Positions 1 through 11,600 of a stretch of DNA of 64,000 bases are shown in pieces (position 1 is the stretch's first letter; the number at the start of each line of letters is the position of its first letter). Made by a program: the position numbers and the translations under genes. The stretch is taken from positions 1,632,001 through 1,696,000 of the forward strand of contig CAXXDV010000001.1 in assembly GCA_963674745.2 (NCBI GenBank), given 5' to 3'. This DNA comes from Desulfosudaceae bacterium. GTDB lineage: Bacteria; Desulfobacterota; Desulfobacteria; Desulfobacterales; Desulfosudaceae. A model generated the notes under the pieces. That model was not told the DNA's origin and did not search any database. It saw only the letters and a program-made list of their open reading frames with translations.

Positions 1-734
1 TTTCGGGTGGCCGGGTCAAGCACATCCACCACTACCAGGCCTTCTGATTTGGACAACGCCAGTTCCAGAGAATCGGCCAGGCGCTTTTCCACGCCGGGTT
101 TGACATGCAGGCGGTCGCAGATCACTTCAATGGTATGTTTTTTGTTTTTTGCCAGCCTGGGGGCCGATTCCAGGTCATATTGTTCGCCATCCACCCTGAC
201 ACGGGCAAAGCCTTCTTTTCTCAAGCGGGCGAACAGCTTTTCATGGGCACCTTTCTGACCCGTGATCAGCGGTGACAGGATGACAATGGCAGCGCCTTCG
301 GGCAGGGACAGGACATGATCCGTTATCTGGTCAATCGTCTGGGAGGCGATGGGGTCGCCGCACTGGTAGCAGTGGGGGCGGCCGCAACGCGCGAACAACA
401 GGCGAAGGTAGTCGTAAATCTCGGTGACCGTGCCCACCGTAGAGCGGGGGTTGTGGCTGGCTGTCTTCTGTTCGATGGCGATGGCCGGAGACAGCCCTTC
501 GATGACATCCACGTCCGGCTTGTCCATGCGGCCCAGAAACTGACGGGCGTAGGTGGAAAGGGATTCCACGTAACGGCGCTGTCCTTCGGCGTAGAGCGTG
601 TCAAAGGCCAGTGAAGATTTACCGGACCCGGACAGGCCGGTGATGACCACTAGCTGGTTTCTCGGCAGGGTGACATCGATATTTTTAAGGTTATGCTGCC
701 GGGCGCCTTTGATGATGATGGCATTGGCCGTCAT
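1..734 (-). CDS. uvrA: Excinuclease ABC subunit A, 5' part (runs off window start)
   Basis: Manual minus-strand translation from ATG at 734: [67 protein letters not shown], the UvrA N-terminus with Walker A. Start overlaps the pdxA stop (ATGA). Absent from the ORF track because it is truncated. Confidence 0.97.
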   Translation of the reverse strand, partial: MTANAIIIKGARQHNLKNIDVTLPRNQLVVITGLSGSGKSSLAFDTLYAEGQRRYVESLSTYARQFLGRMDKPDVDVIEGLSPAIAIEQKTASHNPRSTVGTVTEIYDYLRLLFARCGRPHCYQCGDPIASQTIDQITDHVLSLPEGAAIVILSPLITGQKGAHEKLFARLRKEGFARVRVDGEQYDLESAPRLAKNKKHTIEVICDRLHVKPGVEKRLADSLELALSKSEGLVVVDVLDPATR

Positions 735-1753
735 GTTTTTTTGACTCCAGCAACAGATTGATTTGATTGAAGAACCGCCATGCGAATCGCCGCTTTGAGG
801 CTGGCGCAGCCGGCCCGGCCGGTGCCGGCGATATCATAGGCCGTACCGTGGTCCACGGAGGTGCGGATAATGGGAAGCCCCAGCGTCGTGTTAACACCGT
901 CGTCAAAATGCAGCAGCTTAAGCGGGATTAATCCCTGATCATGATACATGCAGACCACCGCATCAAAGCGGCCTTCCGCCGCGGCCACAAATACCGTGTC
1001 CGGCGGAAAAGGGCCTTCAATGGCGGCTGAAGTGGCGTCGGCGGCCGCTTCCATGGCCGGTATGATCGTTTGCGTTTCTTCATCCCCGAACAGGCCGCTT
1101 TCACCGGCGTGGGGGTTTAGCCCGGCCACGGCAATACGGGGAGCGGGAATGCCGAATCGCGAAATGAGGCTTTCAGCGGTTATTTCCAGGGTGGTCCGGA
1201 CTTTTTCCCGGGTCAGCGCTTGGTGTACTTTTTTCAAGGGGATATGAATCGTCACCAGGACCACCCGCAGCCGGTCCCCGGCCAGCATCATGGCATAGCG
1301 GCTGCATCCGACCCGTTCGGCAATCAGTTCCGTGTGACCGGTATAACGGCTGCCGCCCATTCTCAGGGCTTCCTTGTTGATGGGCGCGGTCACCATGGCG
1401 GTGGTCTTTCCCGCTACGGCCAGATCAACGGCGGTGGTAATGTATGTTTCCATGTGACGGCCGGTCTCGGGCGTGGGTCGCCCCCAGTTTATCGGCTCGG
1501 AAAAAGGCCCGGCAGGATCGAGCACGTCAACGGAACCGGTAACGAACTTTCCCTGATCCGGATCGTCTACCGGATGAAAATCAGGTGACTGCCCAACGAT
1601 TGTTGCCGCTTTTTTTAAGATTTCCACGTTGCCGATGATCAGCGGTCGGCATTGGTCGTAAATAGGGTTGTCGGCCAGGGCCTTGACGATGATCTCGGGG
1701 CCGATGCCGACCGGGTCTCCCATGGTGATGCCGATCAAGGGGCGGGTTGTCAT
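731..1753 (-). CDS. pdxA: 4-hydroxythreonine-4-phosphate dehydrogenase (PdxA family)
   Basis: Motifs [46 protein letters not shown]. Confidence 0.95.
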   Translation of the reverse strand: MTTRPLIGITMGDPVGIGPEIIVKALADNPIYDQCRPLIIGNVEILKKAATIVGQSPDFHPVDDPDQGKFVTGSVDVLDPAGPFSEPINWGRPTPETGRHMETYITTAVDLAVAGKTTAMVTAPINKEALRMGGSRYTGHTELIAERVGCSRYAMMLAGDRLRVVLVTIHIPLKKVHQALTREKVRTTLEITAESLISRFGIPAPRIAVAGLNPHAGESGLFGDEETQTIIPAMEAAADATSAAIEGPFPPDTVFVAAAEGRFDAVVCMYHDQGLIPLKLLHFDDGVNTTLGLPIIRTSVDHGTAYDIAGTGRAGCASLKAAIRMAVLQSNQSVAGVKKT

Positions 1754-1797
1754 ATCCAGCTTCCAATATTGAGGATTAGGTTCAAATTTTTATTCTA

Positions 1798-2703
1798 CTA
1801 TCGGGAATCTTCTTTTTCAAACAGAAAAGACACGGCTTCCGGTCCGGAAAATTGAGCCCCTTCGATCAACGGGACCTTTCCCAGGACAAGGCGGCAGAGA
1901 TCGTCTAAGGCCGTAATCTTCTGAAATAATTTTGAAACATCAGCTGAAAGGCCGATGCGGCTGCCCTGCATCATCAACGTCTCCAGGTTGTTTTTGGCCA
2001 GCTGTTCCGTCAGCTTGAGACTGGTTTCAACCTGTTTCAGGCAGTGTTGCTTTTCCTGGAGAAAGGCATTGAAAATATCGTTCTCCCGGTTGTACCGGCA
2101 GGACAGGTCCAGTATGAAATCAAGATCAATAAACCATTTGTCTTTATCGATCCGGTCAAAAAAAGGAATAAATTGCAGCAGAAATACCGCCCACGCCCGG
2201 GACATGATCCGTCGTGAATGGCGGATTTTCGCCAGGGCCGTTAACCTGTCCTTTTCCCGGGGAAGAAGACGTTCGATCGCGATACGGATGTCCGCATCGA
2301 TTGGCCGCGTCAGGTTTAACTGGGATAAAAACCGTTGCCGGCAGGCAAATGGTACAACAAAGCGAACCGGTTTGGTGATACCCTCAATGCGGATGCAAGT
2401 GGGCATTTCATCCGGCAACAATGAACTTATCCGCGTTACGTCCGCCTGGCACAAGGCCATATGCGACAGGAGCGCCTCTATTTTCAAATATACGGTTAAA
2501 TCCGGTGAGAGGATCAGGTCGATCAGGCCTTCCCGGTCACAATTGTCGACATCGTTTAAAACGGCTTGCAATGCCTGATGGTCAGGATGATCAAGCGTGG
2601 AGTTGATAAAATGCAGGGTGGCCGTGTCTGCCTCAAACCCGGCTGAAAACAGGGCCTGTATGGTTTGCGCCAGTTCCCGGCAGGAATCATTTTTGCTGGT
2701 CAT
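1798..2703 (-). CDS. Hypothetical protein
   Basis: About 300-aa ORF co-oriented with pdxA-uvrA; no recognisable motif; start uncertain (2703 or 2739). Confidence 0.65.
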   Translation of the reverse strand: MTSKNDSCRELAQTIQALFSAGFEADTATLHFINSTLDHPDHQALQAVLNDVDNCDREGLIDLILSPDLTVYLKIEALLSHMALCQADVTRISSLLPDEMPTCIRIEGITKPVRFVVPFACRQRFLSQLNLTRPIDADIRIAIERLLPREKDRLTALAKIRHSRRIMSRAWAVFLLQFIPFFDRIDKDKWFIDLDFILDLSCRYNRENDIFNAFLQEKQHCLKQVETSLKLTEQLAKNNLETLMMQGSRIGLSADVSKLFQKITALDDLCRLVLGKVPLIEGAQFSGPEAVSFLFEKEDSR

Positions 2704-2829
2704 AAAAGCCGCCTTTGCGGTAAACAAACTATAAAACACGGGGACACGGTCCGGTGTTTATGTTAGAATATTCGCCGTGATTGAGTCAATAACGGTTTGC
2801 AGAACCCCAGGATGAATGAAAGCAGCCTC

Positions 2830-3792
2830 ATGAATCAACGAAACGTGTTTCCGGGCCTGTGTATCGCCCTGATGATAATTTGTCTGTATCATATACCCCT
2901 CCGGTCCGTTGCCGCGGATACGGCAGAAAGTAAAACGATCTACACGCAAGCCGAACAGGTGGGGATGATCGTCACCCCGGAAATCAGCGAAGCATCCGGC
3001 CTGGCCTCGTCCGCACGTGATGCAAACCTTTTTTGGGTCATCAATGACAGCGGTAATTCCGCCACCCTGTTTGCGATTGCGGTCGAAGGGCAAATCAGGG
3101 CAAGATATACCATTGCCGATACACCCAATTATGATTGGGAAGACCTGGCCGGTTTTTCCCTGGACAATCAACCCTACCTGCTGATTGCCGATGTCGGTGA
3201 CAACCGGGCCGAACGGTCCGGTTGCAGCCTGTATATTGTCGAGGAGCCCGTGGTGCCTGATAAACCGTCAACAGAAACGGCCTTGCTGCCGGTAAAGTGG
3301 CGGATCAGCTTCCGGTATCCGGAAGGCCCCCGCGATTGTGAGGCCGTTGCGGTTGACGCCCGGCAAAAACGGGTTCTGCTGCTCAGTAAACGGGATACGC
3401 CTCCGGTTTTATATGAGGTTCCCCTGATGCCGGTTTCCGGGACGGTGATGGCCAAGCCCATCGGTCCGATGACGACCATACCCCCGCCCACGTTAGAGGA
3501 ACTCGATCAGCCCTACGGCTTTAGTTGGTCGCGTCCCACGGCCATGGATCTGACGAATGACGGCAACCGCCTGATCGTTCTGACATACAAGAATGCTTAT
3601 GCCTTTATCCGGCAGCCGGGCCAGTCCTGGCCAGCCGTGATAACGGCGCCGCCCGTGTCAATAGCCCTGCCCCATCCCACTACCGGGTTGTTGCCGATCC
3701 GCGAAGCGCTTTGCGTTCAGCCCAGGACAGGCACCCTGTTCATCACCGGAGAAAGGCCCCCGGCCCCGGTTTTTCGATTGATGCCGCTTTAA
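2830..3792 (+). CDS. Secreted protein, probable beta-propeller
   Basis: N-terminal hydrophobic signal; repeated blade-like motifs EASGL, WVINDSGN, DWEDLA, IADVGDN, DCEAVAVD, PTAMD; start uncertain (2797/2812/2830). Confidence 0.7.
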   Translation: MNQRNVFPGLCIALMIICLYHIPLRSVAADTAESKTIYTQAEQVGMIVTPEISEASGLASSARDANLFWVINDSGNSATLFAIAVEGQIRARYTIADTPNYDWEDLAGFSLDNQPYLLIADVGDNRAERSGCSLYIVEEPVVPDKPSTETALLPVKWRISFRYPEGPRDCEAVAVDARQKRVLLLSKRDTPPVLYEVPLMPVSGTVMAKPIGPMTTIPPPTLEELDQPYGFSWSRPTAMDLTNDGNRLIVLTYKNAYAFIRQPGQSWPAVITAPPVSIALPHPTTGLLPIREALCVQPRTGTLFITGERPPAPVFRLMPL

Positions 3793-4149
3793 CCCGGATG
3801 TTTCATGAAATTTTCGGGTTAAAAGTCGGGTGGCACCAGATTAAACAGGTCTTTGTGCAGCAGCATACTTCTGTTCAAACGGCCTGAATCAAGCATGTCA
3901 AGGGCGATCCTTTGAGGACCGACATTTCAGGTTTTGATCCGTTTTTTTCAGACACAGGCCAACCAGGGTGTGGCATCCCCTGGCTTATTGCGGAAAGACT
4001 GTTGCAATAATTAGTTGTCTCGGATATTTTAAAAAAGTTGAAACATGGTGATAAAATAATTTTTGGTATGGTTGACTGACGGTTTTCTCGCCGAAAAAGT
4101 TCCAGGAAAAAAATCCGCCGACTATTTTCCATATAGAAAGGAGCGCCTG

Positions 4150-5040
4150 ATGCCTTTACGAAACTGTGTGTTGCTGCTGATAATCGTTTTATTGTTCCTT
4201 GGTAATCCGGTTGCCAGGGCCGATGTCACGCCGGGTACGTTTGTATTCAGTCCGTACACCGATGAAAACACTTATAACAACTGGGCGGAAGCCGGTTTCG
4301 TGCTCAAAAAAGTATATACGGACTATTACAACAATAAAACCATCGACATGGTTTATTATTATACGTTTGACGACGCCAACAAGCTGAAAAAGCTTGAAAT
4401 TGATTACGATAATGACAAGGTGATGGATTCTGTAGACCATTACACATACAACGATGCCGGAAAAATTTCCCGAATCGATATTGATGGTGATGTCGATGGC
4501 GGAATAGATGCGGTGGTATATTATTTTTTCAATGATGATAATACCATCAGCTATCAGGAGATTGATCTGGACAATGACGGCGTAAAGGATGAAAAAACAA
4601 CCTTTGTGCATGATCAAGGTGTACTTGTTCAGAAACAGTATGATGAAAACAATGACGGCGAAACCGACAGTGTGTCCAATTTTACGTATGCGGCTGGCTT
4701 CTGGGCAACCATGCAGGTCGACTCCGATAACGACGGCATCGGTGATTACAAGGAGGGGTATTTATACAATAATTCCTCCGGCAATATCAGCCTGATTGAA
4801 GTTGATGATGATTATGACGGTGTCGATGATTATGCCAGTGGATACTTCTACCGAGATGATGGATTCCTCGATACCCGCAAGACAGATTATGATAACGACG
4901 GCACGTTTGATGTTGTGGAAACATATGTCTGGGCCTCCGATGACCCCAACAATGATCCGGGCAACAACCAGGGTAACGGTGATGCTGATGACGGCTCCTC
5001 GTCCAGCGCATCCTGCTTTTTAGACTGTCTGATGCGATGA
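4150..5040 (+). CDS. Secreted acidic repeat protein with about eight 27-aa DxDxDG-type repeats and a C-terminal Ser-linker-CF motif
   Basis: SD AAGGAG before ATG 4150; signal peptide ending ARA; repeats such as IDYDNDKVMD, IDLDNDGVKD, VDSDNDGIGD, TDYDNDGTFD; ends SSSSASCFLDCLMR. Confidence 0.8.
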   Translation: MPLRNCVLLLIIVLLFLGNPVARADVTPGTFVFSPYTDENTYNNWAEAGFVLKKVYTDYYNNKTIDMVYYYTFDDANKLKKLEIDYDNDKVMDSVDHYTYNDAGKISRIDIDGDVDGGIDAVVYYFFNDDNTISYQEIDLDNDGVKDEKTTFVHDQGVLVQKQYDENNDGETDSVSNFTYAAGFWATMQVDSDNDGIGDYKEGYLYNNSSGNISLIEVDDDYDGVDDYASGYFYRDDGFLDTRKTDYDNDGTFDVVETYVWASDDPNNDPGNNQGNGDADDGSSSSASCFLDCLMR

Positions 5041-5103
5041 CCGTTAAACTTGAAACAGGATAAAGCCGGTTGATTTTTCGTAAAACAGGCGGGTAGAACA
5101 TTC

Positions 5104-7227
5104 ATGATAAAGCCGTTGATTCGGTCGTTCTCCGCAATAACGCCGACGATGCTTGTTCTCGCCGTTGTCGGCTGGTTTTTGTATGCCCCCGCTTTCCATG
5201 CGCCGTTCGTATTTGACGATCTGCCCCAGATCATTGAAAACCCCCATATCCGAATAACCGGATATTCATCGGATATTCCGGCACGATTGATGAACTGCCG
5301 CAATCCCAACCGGTTTCTGGCCTATGCCACTTTTGCCCTGAACTATTATGTTCATCAATACGACGTAGCCGGATACCGTGTCGTCAACGTCGTTATCCAT
5401 ATCATTACGGCTTTCCTTGTTTTTCTGACCGCCAGACTGACCTTGGACCCGGGTGGCCGCAAGCGGTCCGTGTTATTGCCGCTTCTGGCCGCCGCCCTGT
5501 GGCTGGTCAACCCGGTTCATACCCAGTCGGTAACCTATATCGTTCAGCGCATGAACGCCATGGCCGCCATGTTTACCCTTCTGGCGCTCTGCTGCTTTGT
5601 CCGGGCAAGATTAATGCAGCGGTCCGGCAAGCACGGCCTCAAACCGATCCTGCTTTATGCCGGGGTCGGGTTTTCCGGTCTGTGCGGCCTGGCCGCCAAG
5701 GAAACTGCCGCCATCCTGCCGGTCGTGATGCTGCTTTACGAGTGGTATTTTTTCCAGGACCTGGATCACAACTGGATGAAAAAACAGCTGGCCTGGATAA
5801 GCGCCGTACTGGTATTGCTGGTCATCATCAGCCTGGTGTACATGGGCGGACATCCCGTTGACAAGCTGACAGGCATGTATGGATCTCAGGACTTCACCCC
5901 GGGCCAGCGCCTGCTGACCGAGCCGCGGGTGGTCCTGTACTACCTGACCCTGCTTTTTTTCCCTCATCCGACCCGGCTCAACCTGGATTATAACTTCCCC
6001 CTGTCCCTGTCCCTGCTCAATCCGGCCACGACCCTGCCGGCCATCCTGGCCCTGCTGGGCCTGGTCGTTGCCGCCGCCTACACGGCCAAAAAGCACCGGC
6101 TGTGTTCATTTGCCATTGCCTGGTTTCTGGTTACCCTGGTCATTGAATCATCGTTTATCGGGCTGGCCCTTGTTTTTGAGCACCGCACCTACCTGCCATC
6201 CGTGTTCCCGGTCATAGCCGTCACCTGTTTTCTCGTCCGCCGGGTCAAACCGCTCCCGGTGGGCGTCATGATCGTTATCGCGGCCATCATTTTATGCGGT
6301 TACAACACCTACCAGCGAAACCGTGTCTGGGATAATGCCCTGGCTTTCTGGCAGGACAATGTCAGAAAATCGCCAGACAAGGCGCTTTCCAATAATAACC
6401 TGGGGCTTGTTTACAAGGAGATTGGTGCACTTGACAAAGCCATGTTTTATTCAAAAAAGGCCCTGATGCTTAAAACAGCGGAATTCGGTGAAACTCATCC
6501 GGAAGTTGCCGACAGTTTGAGTAATGTCGGCCTGGTTTATTACCGGCAGGGGGAATATGACAAGGCCCTTTCCTGTCATTTGAAAGCATTGGCCATACAG
6601 AAAGCGGCTTTTGGACAGTATGACCACCGCCTTTTGGAGATATACAGCAATATCGGTATCGCCTATGACGGCAAAGGTGATTTTGACAAGGCCATTCACT
6701 ACTATCGACTGGCATTGGATTTGGAGCGCGGTCTTTCAGAAATGGAAAATCTGAGAAGCGCTTCAATTTACAACAACCTTGGCTCCGTCTGGTACAACAA
6801 GGGAAACCATGAAAAAGCAATCGCCGGTTTCAAACAGTCCCTGGCGATCCGGAAAAAAGTGCTGGGCGACCGCTGCCGGGAAGTTGCAGAAAGCTACAAC
6901 AACCTGGGCCTTGCCCATGCCGGCATGGGCGATTACAGGACTGCCCTCAGCTATTATCAACAGGCACTGGACATTGAACTGGAGGTGCTGGGGGTCCATC
7001 ATTACAGTACAACAACCACATTTTTTAATCTCGGCCTGACCTGTTATGCCCGGGAAGATTACGACAAGGCCGCCTTCTATATGCAGAAAGTCCTGGTCCT
7101 TTACCGTGAAACGCTGGGGCGGAACCACCCCTGGATTTTAACCGCTCAATCCATTTTGGATAAAGCGCTCATGAAAAGTAACCGGCAACCGTCTTCCGGT
7201 GGTCCAAGTGCTGAAACAGATGGGTGA
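5104..7227 (+). CDS. TMTC-like GT-C membrane glycosyltransferase with C-terminal TPR repeats
   Basis: FVFDD in the first loop after TM1; NPVHTQSVTYIVQR, AKETA and EHRTYLPS motifs; many TM segments; multiple TPRs (NNLGLVY, SNVGLVY, SNIGIAY, NNLGSVW, NNLGLAH). Confidence 0.8.
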   Translation: MIKPLIRSFSAITPTMLVLAVVGWFLYAPAFHAPFVFDDLPQIIENPHIRITGYSSDIPARLMNCRNPNRFLAYATFALNYYVHQYDVAGYRVVNVVIHIITAFLVFLTARLTLDPGGRKRSVLLPLLAAALWLVNPVHTQSVTYIVQRMNAMAAMFTLLALCCFVRARLMQRSGKHGLKPILLYAGVGFSGLCGLAAKETAAILPVVMLLYEWYFFQDLDHNWMKKQLAWISAVLVLLVIISLVYMGGHPVDKLTGMYGSQDFTPGQRLLTEPRVVLYYLTLLFFPHPTRLNLDYNFPLSLSLLNPATTLPAILALLGLVVAAAYTAKKHRLCSFAIAWFLVTLVIESSFIGLALVFEHRTYLPSVFPVIAVTCFLVRRVKPLPVGVMIVIAAIILCGYNTYQRNRVWDNALAFWQDNVRKSPDKALSNNNLGLVYKEIGALDKAMFYSKKALMLKTAEFGETHPEVADSLSNVGLVYYRQGEYDKALSCHLKALAIQKAAFGQYDHRLLEIYSNIGIAYDGKGDFDKAIHYYRLALDLERGLSEMENLRSASIYNNLGSVWYNKGNHEKAIAGFKQSLAIRKKVLGDRCREVAESYNNLGLAHAGMGDYRTALSYYQQALDIELEVLGVHHYSTTTTFFNLGLTCYAREDYDKAAFYMQKVLVLYRETLGRNHPWILTAQSILDKALMKSNRQPSSGGPSAETDG

Positions 7228-7254
7228 AGAAACCGGGTAGCAAAAAAATCCTTT

Positions 7255-8685
7255 TTACCGGGTTTTGTCGGTCATCTTCGTTGCACCGCCACCCAGAACC
7301 GCGTAAAGGCGGACCTGGTTGGCCTGATTCGCCAGTTCAATGGCAATGAGCCCCTGCTGCGCGGCGTACAAAGATCGTTGCGCATCCAGAACGGTCAAGT
7401 AAATATCGGTTCCTTTTTCATATCTGATGCCCGATAGCCGGAAGGCTTCAGCGGCGGCTTCCACCAGCGATTGCTGCGCGGCCTTCTGATCCCCGAGCGT
7501 TCCTTTTTGGGCCAGTGTGTCGGCCACATCTCTGAAGGCGGCTTGAACCGTCCCTTCATATCGGGTCAGCGCGATTTCTCGTTCAACCTTGCGGACCTTC
7601 AGGGCCGACCATGTGCGCGGATCGAATATGGGCAGACTGATCTGCGGCGTAAACAACCAGGTCCGTGACCCGGACTCAAAAAGCCCGGACAGCTCAGCAC
7701 TGGCGGTGCCGTAGGCGGTTGTCAGTGTAATACGTGGAAACAACATGGCCCGGGCCGCGCCGATATTGGCATAAGCAGCCTTAAGCGCGTTCTCAGCCCC
7801 ACGGATATCCGGTCGCTGCAGGAGTACTTCCGACGGCGTTCCGACAAAAAAATTCTCCATGGGGGCGACGTTGGCCAGAGAATCAGGGTAAATATCCGCG
7901 GGCACCGTTTCCCCGGCCAGAAAATCAAGGGCGTTTTTGTCCCGGGCGACCTGCCCGGTAAACCGGGCGACCGCCACTCTGGCTGAATCCACGCTTGTTT
8001 GGGCCTGGCAGAGATCCAGTTTTGTTGCCAGGCCAACCTCATAACGACGTTGAATCAGGTTGTAGGCGGCCTGCTGGGTGGCCAGGGTTGATCGGGCCAG
8101 TTTAAGATTGTCAAAATCTGCAGCCAGTGCCAGCCAGGCATTGGCTATTTCGGAAATCAGCAGGATCTGCGTCCCCCGCCGTGCTTCGGTCGTGGCAAAA
8201 TAGTCTTCCAAAGCCCGTTGCTTGAGACTGCGGATCCGTCCGAAAAAATCCGGTTCCCAGGCGGCGATCCCCAGTTCCACCCGGTACTCTTCCGCGATGG
8301 TGGATTCACCGGAACTGGAAAGATCAGCCGGAATTCTCTGCTTGTAACTGCTTCCGGTTGCCCCTGCCGTGGGCAGAAGTTCACTGCGTTGAATGCGGTA
8401 CATGGCCCTGGCCCGTTCCACATTCAGGGCAGCGACCCGCAGGTCCCGGTTGTTTTCCAGGGCTGTCCGGATAAGCGCCTGAAGCCGCGGATCGGTAAAA
8501 AAAGATTGCCAGGCCATTTCCGGTGCCGGAACGGCTTCCGCGTTGCTCCCTGTCCCCTTGTAGGCCGGTTCATCCGGCCAGGCTTGAGGTGTCGGTGATT
8601 GGGGCCGGTTATATTCGGGGATCATGGTGCAGCCGGCAAAAAAGATGCTGGTTATAATCAGTAGAAAAAGTCTGTTTTTTATCAT
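7255..8685 (-). CDS. RND efflux outer membrane lipoprotein (OprM/NodT family)
   Basis: Lipobox FAGC; ALENNRDLRVA, WEPDFFGRIRS, QRPDI, LYAVLGGG. Confidence 0.93.
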   Translation of the reverse strand: MIKNRLFLLIITSIFFAGCTMIPEYNRPQSPTPQAWPDEPAYKGTGSNAEAVPAPEMAWQSFFTDPRLQALIRTALENNRDLRVAALNVERARAMYRIQRSELLPTAGATGSSYKQRIPADLSSSGESTIAEEYRVELGIAAWEPDFFGRIRSLKQRALEDYFATTEARRGTQILLISEIANAWLALAADFDNLKLARSTLATQQAAYNLIQRRYEVGLATKLDLCQAQTSVDSARVAVARFTGQVARDKNALDFLAGETVPADIYPDSLANVAPMENFFVGTPSEVLLQRPDIRGAENALKAAYANIGAARAMLFPRITLTTAYGTASAELSGLFESGSRTWLFTPQISLPIFDPRTWSALKVRKVEREIALTRYEGTVQAAFRDVADTLAQKGTLGDQKAAQQSLVEAAAEAFRLSGIRYEKGTDIYLTVLDAQRSLYAAQQGLIAIELANQANQVRLYAVLGGGATKMTDKTR

Positions 8686-8687
8686 AA

Positions 8688-11600
8688 CTACCGTGCCTCC
8701 GCAGAAATTCCGGCTTCCGGAACAGACATTTGAGTCGATTTCTTTTTTCCGAAAAGCTTCACCACCGTTACATAAAAAAGCGGGATAAAGAAAATCGCCA
8801 GAAAGGTTGCCGTCAGCATACCACCCAGAACACCGGTGCCGATGGCGGTTTGCGCGCCGGCACCGGCGCCGGTGGCCATCGCCAGCGGCAGGACACCGAA
8901 ACCAAAGGCCATGGATGTCATGACTATGGGCCGTAGTCTCAATCTGGCGCCTTCCAGTGTCGCTTCCACCAGCCCCATACCGGATTTGACCCGATGCATG
9001 GCGAACTGGACGATCAGGATGGCGTTTTTGGTGGTCAACCCCAGAACCGTCAGCATACCGATTTGAAAATAGACATCATTGGGAAAGCCCCTGATCATGG
9101 ATGCCGCTACCCCGCCGATGACCCCCAGCGGCAGGGCCAGCATGATGGAGATAGGGACGGTCCAGCTTTCATACAGGGCCGCCAGGCAGAGAAAAATGAC
9201 GATCATGGAAAAAGCGTACAGCAAACCGGTCTGGGACTTGGCCATACGCTCCTGGTAGGAAATACCGCTCCAGTCATAACCGATGTCTTTAGGCAGCCTG
9301 GAAACAAAGTCCTCCATAATGGCCATGGCCTCACCGGTGCTTCTGCCCGGGGCGGCTTCACCCTGGATGTTCATGGATGGAAAGGAGTTGAATCGTTCCA
9401 GTCGCGGGGAGCCGTAGCTCCAGGACCCGGATGCAAAGGCCGTAAACGGCGTCATCTCTCCGGCTGTATTGCGCACATAAAGACGGTCGATGTCCGAGGG
9501 CAGCATGCGTTTGGGGGCGTCGGCCTGGACAAAAACTTTTTTGACCCGGCCGCCCTGGATAAAATCATTGACATAAGATCCGCCAAAGGCGGCGGAAATG
9601 GTATGGTTTATGGCGTCGATGGGCACGCCCAGCACACCGGCCCGCTCCCAGTCCACGTTCACCCGGTATTCGGGTACATCGGCCATACCGTTGGGCCGGA
9701 CCCGCGTCAGCCGTTTGTCGGCCCATGCCATGCCCAGCAGCTGGTTGCGGGCGTTCATCAGGGCGGCATGACCCAGACCGCCGCGGTCTTGAAGCTGGAA
9801 ATCAAAGCCATTGGCCATGCCCAGTTCCACCACCGCCGGCGGGGCAAACGCAAAAATCCGGGCATTCCGGATTTGCGCAAAGCGGCCCATGGCCCGCTCA
9901 ACCAGGGCTTTGACTTTGAGTTCCGGGCGATCCCGCAAATCCCAGTCCTTTAACCGGATAAATCCCAGTCCCATGTTCTGGGCCACTCCTGCAAAACCTC
10001 GCCCCACCAGGGTAAGGGCAGAGTCTACGGCCTCTTTTTCATCCTCCATCAGGTAGGCGCGAATTTCGTCCATCACCTTTTCGGTCTGCTCCATCGTTGA
10101 ACCGGTGGGCAGTTCGGCCTGAATCATCATCATGCCCTGGTCCTCGTCCGGCAGGTAGGCCGTGGGCATTTTCCCGAACAGGTAAAACAGCCCGCCGACA
10201 ATCAGCAGATAAATGATGAAAAAACTGATTTTATGGTTCAGGATGCCGCCGACCATGTTCCGGTAACCATCCCGGATCCGGTTAAAATTCCGGTTAAACC
10301 ATCTGAAAAAGGGCTGGAACATCCGGAACCCGACATCCGAAACAGCATGCCCTTTGCCCACGGGTTTGAGCAGGGAGGCGCACAGCACCGGCGTCAGAAT
10401 CAGCGCCACCAGCACCGAAAGCAGCATGGCCGAAATCAGGGTAACGGAAAACTGGCGGTAGATCACACCGGTAGAACCCCCGAAAAACGCCATAGGACCG
10501 AATACCGCCGCCAGCACCAGTCCGATACCGATCAGGGCGCTGGTAATTTCTTCCATGGATTTTGCGGTGGCCTCTCGGGGGCCAAGCCCTTCGTCCTGCA
10601 TGACCCGCTCCACGTTTTCCACCACCACGATGGCGTCATCCACCAGCAGGCCGATGGCCAGTACCATGGCGAACATGGTCAGCATATTGATGGAGTAATT
10701 AAAAAGTCCCAGAACGGCAAAAGTGCCCAAAATAACCACCGGCACCGCCAGGGTGGGGATCAGGGTGGCCCGGAAATTCCCCAGGAAAAGAAACATCACC
10801 AGAAACACCAGGATGATGGCTTCAAAAAGGGTCTTGACCACTTCCTCGATGGCCACCCGCACAAAAGGGGTGGTGTCATAAGGATAGATAACCTTCATGC
10901 CGGGGGGAAAGTAATTGGACAGCTCAACCATTTTTTCCCGGACCGCGTCCGCTGTTTTTAAAGCATTGGCGCCGGCGGCCAGGCGAACGGCCATGGCTGC
11001 CGTGGGGTTTCCGTTATTTAACGCGTCGGTATCGTACCGCTCGGCCCCAAGCTCGGTCCATCCCACGTCTTTTACACGGATAATGGAACCGTCGGGGCGG
11101 ATGCGGATGGGAACTTCGGCAAATTCTTCAGGTGTTTCCAGCATATTCTGGACGATGATGGTGGTGTTCAGGCGCTGGCCCTCAACCGCGGGCAAACCGC
11201 CGAACTGGCCGGCCGAAACCTCGGCATTATAACGCTTCAGGCTGGAGATAACATCGGAGATCGTGAGTTGGTAATCGGTGAGTTTGTCCGGATCCAGCCA
11301 GATGCGCATGGCATACTGAGTACCGAAGCTGTTTACCTCTCCCACCCCGGGGACCCGGGCCAGAACTGTTTCCAGCTTGGACTGGGCGTAATCCCGCAGG
11401 TCGTCTCCGTTCATGCTGCCGTCTTCCGAGATCAGGCCCACGATCATCAGCCAGTTACGGGTGGACTTGCTTACTTTGACACCCTGGCGCTGGATCACAT
11501 CCGGCAGGCTGGACATGGCCAGATTCAGTTTGTTTTGCACCTCGGTCCAGGCTTGGTCCGGGTCGGTGCCCGGCGCAAAGGTGAGTTCCAGGCGCCCGGC

